Of a stretch of DNA of 64,000 bases, positions 58,601-64,000 are shown one piece after another. Source of the DNA: the human T2T-CHM13v2.0 reference genome, Homo sapiens. Below the pieces are notes generated by a model. The model was not told where the DNA came from. It did not search any database and worked only from the letters and a program-made list of their open reading frames with translations. The position numbers and the translations under genes are program-made. How positions within the stretch are numbered: position 1 is the first letter of the stretch; each line of letters opens with the position of its first letter. The stretch lies in NCBI RefSeq assembly GCF_009914755.1, contig NC_060933.1. One strand, given 5' to 3'.

Positions 58601-61600
58601 GAATGGAATGGAATGGAATGGAACGGAATGTAATGGCATGGAATGGAATGGAATCAATCCGAGTGCAGCGAATAGAATGGAATGGAATGCAATGGAATGG
58701 AATCATCCGGAATGGAATGGAATGGAATGCAATGGAATGGAATGGAATGGAAAAAACCAGAATGGATTGGAATATAATGGAGTGTAAGGCAATTGAATAG
58801 AATCAATCTGAATGTAATGAAATGGAATGGAACGGAATGGAATGGAATGTAATGGAATGGAATGGAATGCAATGGAATGGAATCAACCCGAGTGCAATCG
58901 AATGGAATCGAATGGAATGGAATGCAATGGAATGGATTCAACTTGAATGGAATGGAAAGAATGGAATCAACACGAGTGGAATGGCATGGATTGGAATGGA
59001 ATGGAATGGAATCAACCCGAGTATAGGGGAATGGAATGGAATGCAATGCAATGGAATGGAATCATCCGTAATGGAATGGAAAGGAATGGAATGGAATGGA
59101 ACGGAATGGAATGGAATGGAATCAACTCGATTGCAATGGAATGGAATGGAATGGAATTAACCCGAATAGAATGGAATGGAATGGAATGGAACGGAACGGA
59201 ATGGAATGGAATGGAATGGAATGGAATGGAATGGAATGGGACGGAAAGGAAGGGAATGGAACGGAATAGAAAGGAATGGAATGGAATCAACGCGAGTGCA
59301 GGGGAATGGAATGGAATGGAATGCAATGGAATGGAATCTTCCGGAATGGAATGGAATGGAATGGAATGGAATGGAATGGAATCAACCCGAGTGCAATGGA
59401 ATGGAGTGGAATGGAATGGAATGGAAGGGAACAACCCGAATGGAATGGAATGGAATGGAGAGTATGGGAGTTGAATAGAATCAATCCGAATGTAATGGAA
59501 TGGAAAGAACGGAATGGAATTGAATGGAATGGAATGGAATGCAATGGAAAGGAATCAACCCGAGTGCAATGGAATGGAGAGGAATGGAATGGAATGGAAT
59601 GGAAACTACCCGAATGGAATGGAATGTAATGGAGTGTAAGGGAATTGAATAGAATCAATCCGAATGTAATGGAATGGAATGGAACGGAACGGAATGGAAT
59701 GGAATGGAATGGAATGGAATGGAATGCAATGGAATGGAATCAACCCGAGTGCAATCGAATAGAATCGAATGGATTGGAATGCAATGGAATGGATTCAACT
59801 TGAATGGAATGGAAAGAATGGAATCAACACGAGTGGAATGGCATGGATTGGAATGGAATGGAATGGAATCAACCCGAGTACACGGGAATGGAATGGAATG
59901 GAATGCAATGGAATGGAATCATCCGTAATGGAATGGAAAGGAATGGAATGGAATGGAATGGAATGGAATGGAATGGAATGGAATCAACGCGAGTGCAGGG
60001 GAATGTAATGGAACCGAATGCAATGGAATGGAATCATCCGGAATGGAATGGGATGGAATGGAATGGAATGGAATCAACCCGAGTGCAATGGAATGGAGTG
60101 GAATGGAATGGAATGGAATGGAACAACCCGAATGGAATGGAATGGAATGGAGAGTAAGGGAGTTGAATAGAATCAATCCGAATGTAATGGAATGGAATGC
60201 AACGGAATGGAATGGAATGGAATGGAATGGAATGCAATGGAATTGAATCAACCCGAGTACAATGGAATGGAATGGAATGGAATGGAATGGAATGAAATGG
60301 AATGGAATGGAATGGAATGATACGGAATAGAATGGAATGGAACGAAATGGAATGGAATGGAATGGAATGGAATGGAATGGAATGGAATGGAATGGAATGG
60401 AATCGTTCCGAGTGGAATAGGAGGGAATGTATTCGAGTGGAATGGAAAGGAATGGAATCAACCAGAGTGGAATGGAAGGGAATGGAATGGAATGGAAACT
60501 AATAGAATGGAATCAACCCGAGTGGAATGGAATGGAAAGGACTGGAATGGAATGGAATGGAATGGGATCAACTCGATTGTAATGGAATGGAATGGAATGG
60601 AATGGAATGGAATGGAATTAACCCGAATACAATGCAATGGAATGGAATGGAACGGAATGGAGTGGAATGGAATGGAATCAACCTGAGTGCAGGGGAATGG
60701 AATGGAATGGAATGCAATGGAATGGAATCATCCGGAATGGAATGGAATGGAATGGAATGCAAAGCAATGGAATCAACTCGATTGCAATGGAATGGAATGG
60801 AATGGAAAGGAATACATTGGAATCATCCCGAGTGGAATGGAATGGAAAGGACTGCAATGGAGTGGAATGGAATGGAATGGAATGGAATGGAATCAACTCG
60901 ATTGGAGTGGAATGGAATGGAATGGAATGGAATTATCCCGAAAAGAATGGAGTGGAATGGAATGGAACAGAACGGAATACAATGGAATGGAATGGAATGG
61001 AATGGAATGGAATGGAATGGAAACAACCCGACTTCAGGGGAATGGAATGGAATGGAATGCAATGGAATGGTTTCAACTTGAATGGAACGGAAAGAATGGA
61101 ATCAACAGGAGTGGAATGGCATGGATTGGAATGGAATGGAATGGAATCAACCCGAGTACAGGGGAATGGAATGGAATGGAATGCAATGGAATGGAATCAT
61201 CCGTAATGGAATGGAAAGGAATGGAATGGAATGGAATGGAATGGAATGGAATGGAATGGAATCAACTCGATTGCAATCGAATGGAATGGAATGGAATTAA
61301 CCCGAATAGTATGGAATGGAATGGCATGGAACGGAACGGAACGGAATGGAATGGAATGGAATGGAATGGAACGGAAAGGAATGGAATTGAAGGGAATGGA
61401 ATGGAATGGAATGGAATGGAATCAACGCGAGTGCAGGTGAATGGTATGGAATGGAATGCAATGGAATGGAATCTTCCGGAATGTAACGGAATGGAATGGA
61501 ATGGAATGGAATGGAATGGAATGGAATGGAATCAACCCGAGTGCAATGGAATGGAGTGGAATGGAATGGAATGGAATGGAACAACCCGAATGGAATGGAA

Positions 61601-64000
61601 TGTAATGGAGAGTAAGGGAGTTGAATAGAATCAATCCGAATGTAATGGAATGGAATGGAACGGAATGGAATTGAATGGAATGGAATGGAATGCAATGGAA
61701 TGGAATCAACCTGAGTTCAATGGAATGGAGAGGAATGGAATGGAATGGAATGGAAACTACCCGAATGGAATGGAATGTAATGGAGTGTAAGGGAATTGAA
61801 TAGAATCAATCCGAATGTAATGGAATGGAATGGAACGGAATGGAATGGAATGGAATGGAATGGAAAGGAACGGAATGGAATGGAATGGAATGGAATGGAA
61901 TGGATTGGAATGGAATGGAATGCAATGGAATGGAATCAACCCGAGTGCAATCAAATGGAATCGAATGGAATGGAATGCAATGGAATGGATTCAACTTGAA
62001 TGGAATGGAAAGAATGGAATCAACACGAGTGGAATGGCATGGATTGGAATGGAATGGAATGGAATCAACCCGAGTACAGGGGAATGGAATGGAATGTAAT
62101 GCAATGGAATGGAATCATCCGTAATGGAATGGAAAGGAATGGAATGGAATGGAATGGAATGGAATGGAATGGAATGGAATCAACTCGATTGCAATCGAAT
62201 GGAATGGAATGGAATTAACCCGAATAGAATGGAATGGAATGGAATGGAACGGAACAGAACGGAACGGAACGGAACGGAGTGGAAGGGAATGGAATGGAAT
62301 TGTATGGAATGGAATGGCATGGTACGGAATAGAATGGAATGGAAAGAATTGGAATGGAATGGAATCGAATGGAATGGAATGGAATGGAATGGAATCAACC
62401 CGAGTGCAGGGGAATGTAATGGAACGGAATGCAATGGAATGGAATCATCCGGAATGGAATGGAATGGAATGGAATGGAATGGAATGGAATGGAATCAACC
62501 CGAGTGCAATGGAATGGAGTGGAATGGAATGGAATGGAATGGAACAACCCGAATGGAATGGAATGTAATGGAGAGTAAGGGAGTTGAATAGAATCAATCC
62601 GAATGTAATGGAATGGAACGGAATGGAATGGAATGGAATGGAATGGAATGGAATGGAATGGAATGGAATGGAATGCTATGGAATGGAATCAACCCGAGTA
62701 CAATGGAACGGCATGGAATGGAATGTAATGTAATGGAATGGAATGGAATGGAATGGAATGGAATTGAATGGAATGGAATGGAATGGAATCAACCCGAGTG
62801 CAATGGAATAGAGAGGAATGGAATGGAATGGAATGGAAACTACCCGAATGGAATGGAATGTAATGGAGTGTAAGGGAATTGAATAGAATCAATCCGAATG
62901 GAATGGAATGGAATGGAACGGAATGTAATGGAATGGAATGGAATGGAATCAACCCGAGTGCAGGGGAATGGAATGGAATGGAATGCAATGGAATGGAATC
63001 ATCCGGAATGGAATGGAATGGAATGCAATGGAATGGAATGGAATGGAATCAACCCGAGTGCAATGGAATGGAGTGAAATGGAATGGAATGGAATGGAAAC
63101 AACCAGAATGGATTGGAATATAATGGAGTGTAAGGGTATTGAATAAAATCAATCTGAATGTAATGAAATGGAATGGAACGGAATGGAATGGAATGGAATG
63201 GAATGGAATGCAATGGAATGGAATCAACCCGAGTGCAATCGAATGGAATCGAATGCCATGGAATGCAATGGAATGCATTCAACTTGAATTGAAAGGAAAG
63301 AATGGAATCAACACGAGTGGAATGGCATGGATTGGAATGGAATGGAATGGAATGGAATCAACCCGAGTACAGGGGAATGGAATGGAATGGAATGCAATGG
63401 AATGGAATCATCAGTAATGGAATGGAAAGGAATGGAAAGGACTGGAATGGAATGGAATGGAATGGAATGGAATGGAATGGAATCAACTCGATTGCAACCG
63501 AATGGAATGGAATGGAAATAACCCGAATAGAATGGAATGGAATGGAGTGGAACGGAACGGAATGGAATGGAATGGAATGGAACGGAAAGGAATGGAATGG
63601 AATGGAATGGAATGGAATGGAATGGAATGGAATGGAATCAACGCGAGTGCCTTGGAATGGAATGGAATCGAATGGAATGGAAAGGAATGGAATGGAATCA
63701 AGCCGAGTGCAGGAGAATGTAATGGAACGGAATGCAATGGAATGGAATCATCCGCAATGCAATGGAATGGAGTGGAATGGAATGGAATCAACCCGAGTGC
63801 AATGGAATGGAGTGGAATGGAATGGAATGGAATGGAACAACCCGAATGGAATGGAATATAATGGAGAGTAAGGGAGTTGAAAAGAATCAATCCGAATGGA
63901 ATGGAATGGAATGGAACGGAATGGAATGGAATGGAATGGAATTCAATGGAATGCAATGGAATGGAATCAACCCGAGTACAATGGAATGGAATGGAATGGA

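Larger units (their letters stand above)
1..64000 (+). repeat. Human Satellite III (HSat3) array, (GGAAT)n with interspersed CAACCCGAGT-type variants; G-rich strand on +
   Basis: Every line consists of GGAAT pentamers or 1-4 nt variants. The SatIII-diagnostic CAACCCGA(G/A)T recurs every ~100-300 bp. There are no (ATTCC)n stretches on + (no inversion) and no non-satellite insert was seen. Confidence 0.98.
1..64000 (+). ncRNA. Possible template for stress-induced G-rich SatIII/HSATIII long non-coding RNA (boundaries unknown)
   Basis: Family-level knowledge only: HSF1-dependent GGAAU-rich transcripts from HSat3 scaffold nuclear stress bodies. Nothing in the sequence shows that this window is transcribed. 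Confidence 0.3.

Noticed and set aside
609-63147. Scattered AATAAA hexamers (e.g. ~729, ~6963, ~19501, ~34225, ~57004)
   Set aside because: They are single-base variants of module motifs such as AATCAA, with no downstream U/GU-rich element, so they cannot be supported as polyadenylation signals.
147-63956. Hundreds of ORFs up to 423 aa encoding (MEWNG)n or (FHSIP)n
   Set aside because: A pure 5-nt GGAAT repeat has no stop codon in any of six frames and gives the same pentapeptide in each frame of a strand. The ORFs overlap in all frames and show no domain structure. The peptide matches the SCA31 (TGGAA)n product, but there is no evidence of translation here.
1-64000. CRISPR-like alternation of repeats and 'spacers'
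   Set aside because: The interspersed motifs are themselves repeated GGAAT derivatives, linker lengths vary, and there are no unique spacers, leader or cas genes.
1-64000. DYZ1 (~3.5 kb) or D15Z1 (~1.8 kb) higher-order repeat
   Set aside because: There is no constant period. The 3.47-kb and 1.73-kb offsets are single local events, and I saw GAATTC only at 24647 and 63939.
1-64000. HSat2, telomeric repeat or pathogenic SCA31-type insertion
   Set aside because: It lacks the HSat2 CATTCGATTC/ATCATCGAAT pattern, TTAGGG units, and any unique flanks or (TAAAA)n/(TAGAA)n blocks.
1-64000. Inversion breakpoint or mobile-element insertion
   Set aside because: I found no (ATTCC)n tract on +, no poly(A) tail, no target-site duplication and no Alu or L1 sequence on reading through.

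Overview
The whole 64-kb window is one uninterrupted Human Satellite III (HSat3) array. It consists of (GGAAT)n on the + strand, interspersed with the diagnostic CAACCCGA(G/A)T motif and its derivatives. I see no unique sequence, transposon, strand inversion, RNA gene, CRISPR array or credible protein-coding gene. All listed ORFs (poly-MEWNG / poly-FHSIP) arise because a 5-nt repeat has no stop codons. A recurring ~160-bp module resembles, from memory, the chromosome-9 SatIII clone pHuR98, which suggests 9q12-type HSat3; this needs a BLAST or k-mer check. There is no fixed higher-order period. Instead, about 8 conserved variant modules are joined by variable pure-GGAAT linkers in a preferred order. 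On top of this lie tandem duplications of about 2.1 kb, 1.73 kb, 789 bp, 993 bp, 2.8 kb and 4.63 kb, dispersed copies, a double-deletion paralog and two divergent islands. The most functionally suggestive features are roughly 35-40 canonical three-unit heat-shock elements (GGAAT-CTTCC-GGAAT) and about 30 copies of a perfect 14-bp palindrome (TCGATTGCAATCGA), both at fixed module positions. I found no evidence of a new gene system. Counts and breakpoints were made by eye and are approximate.
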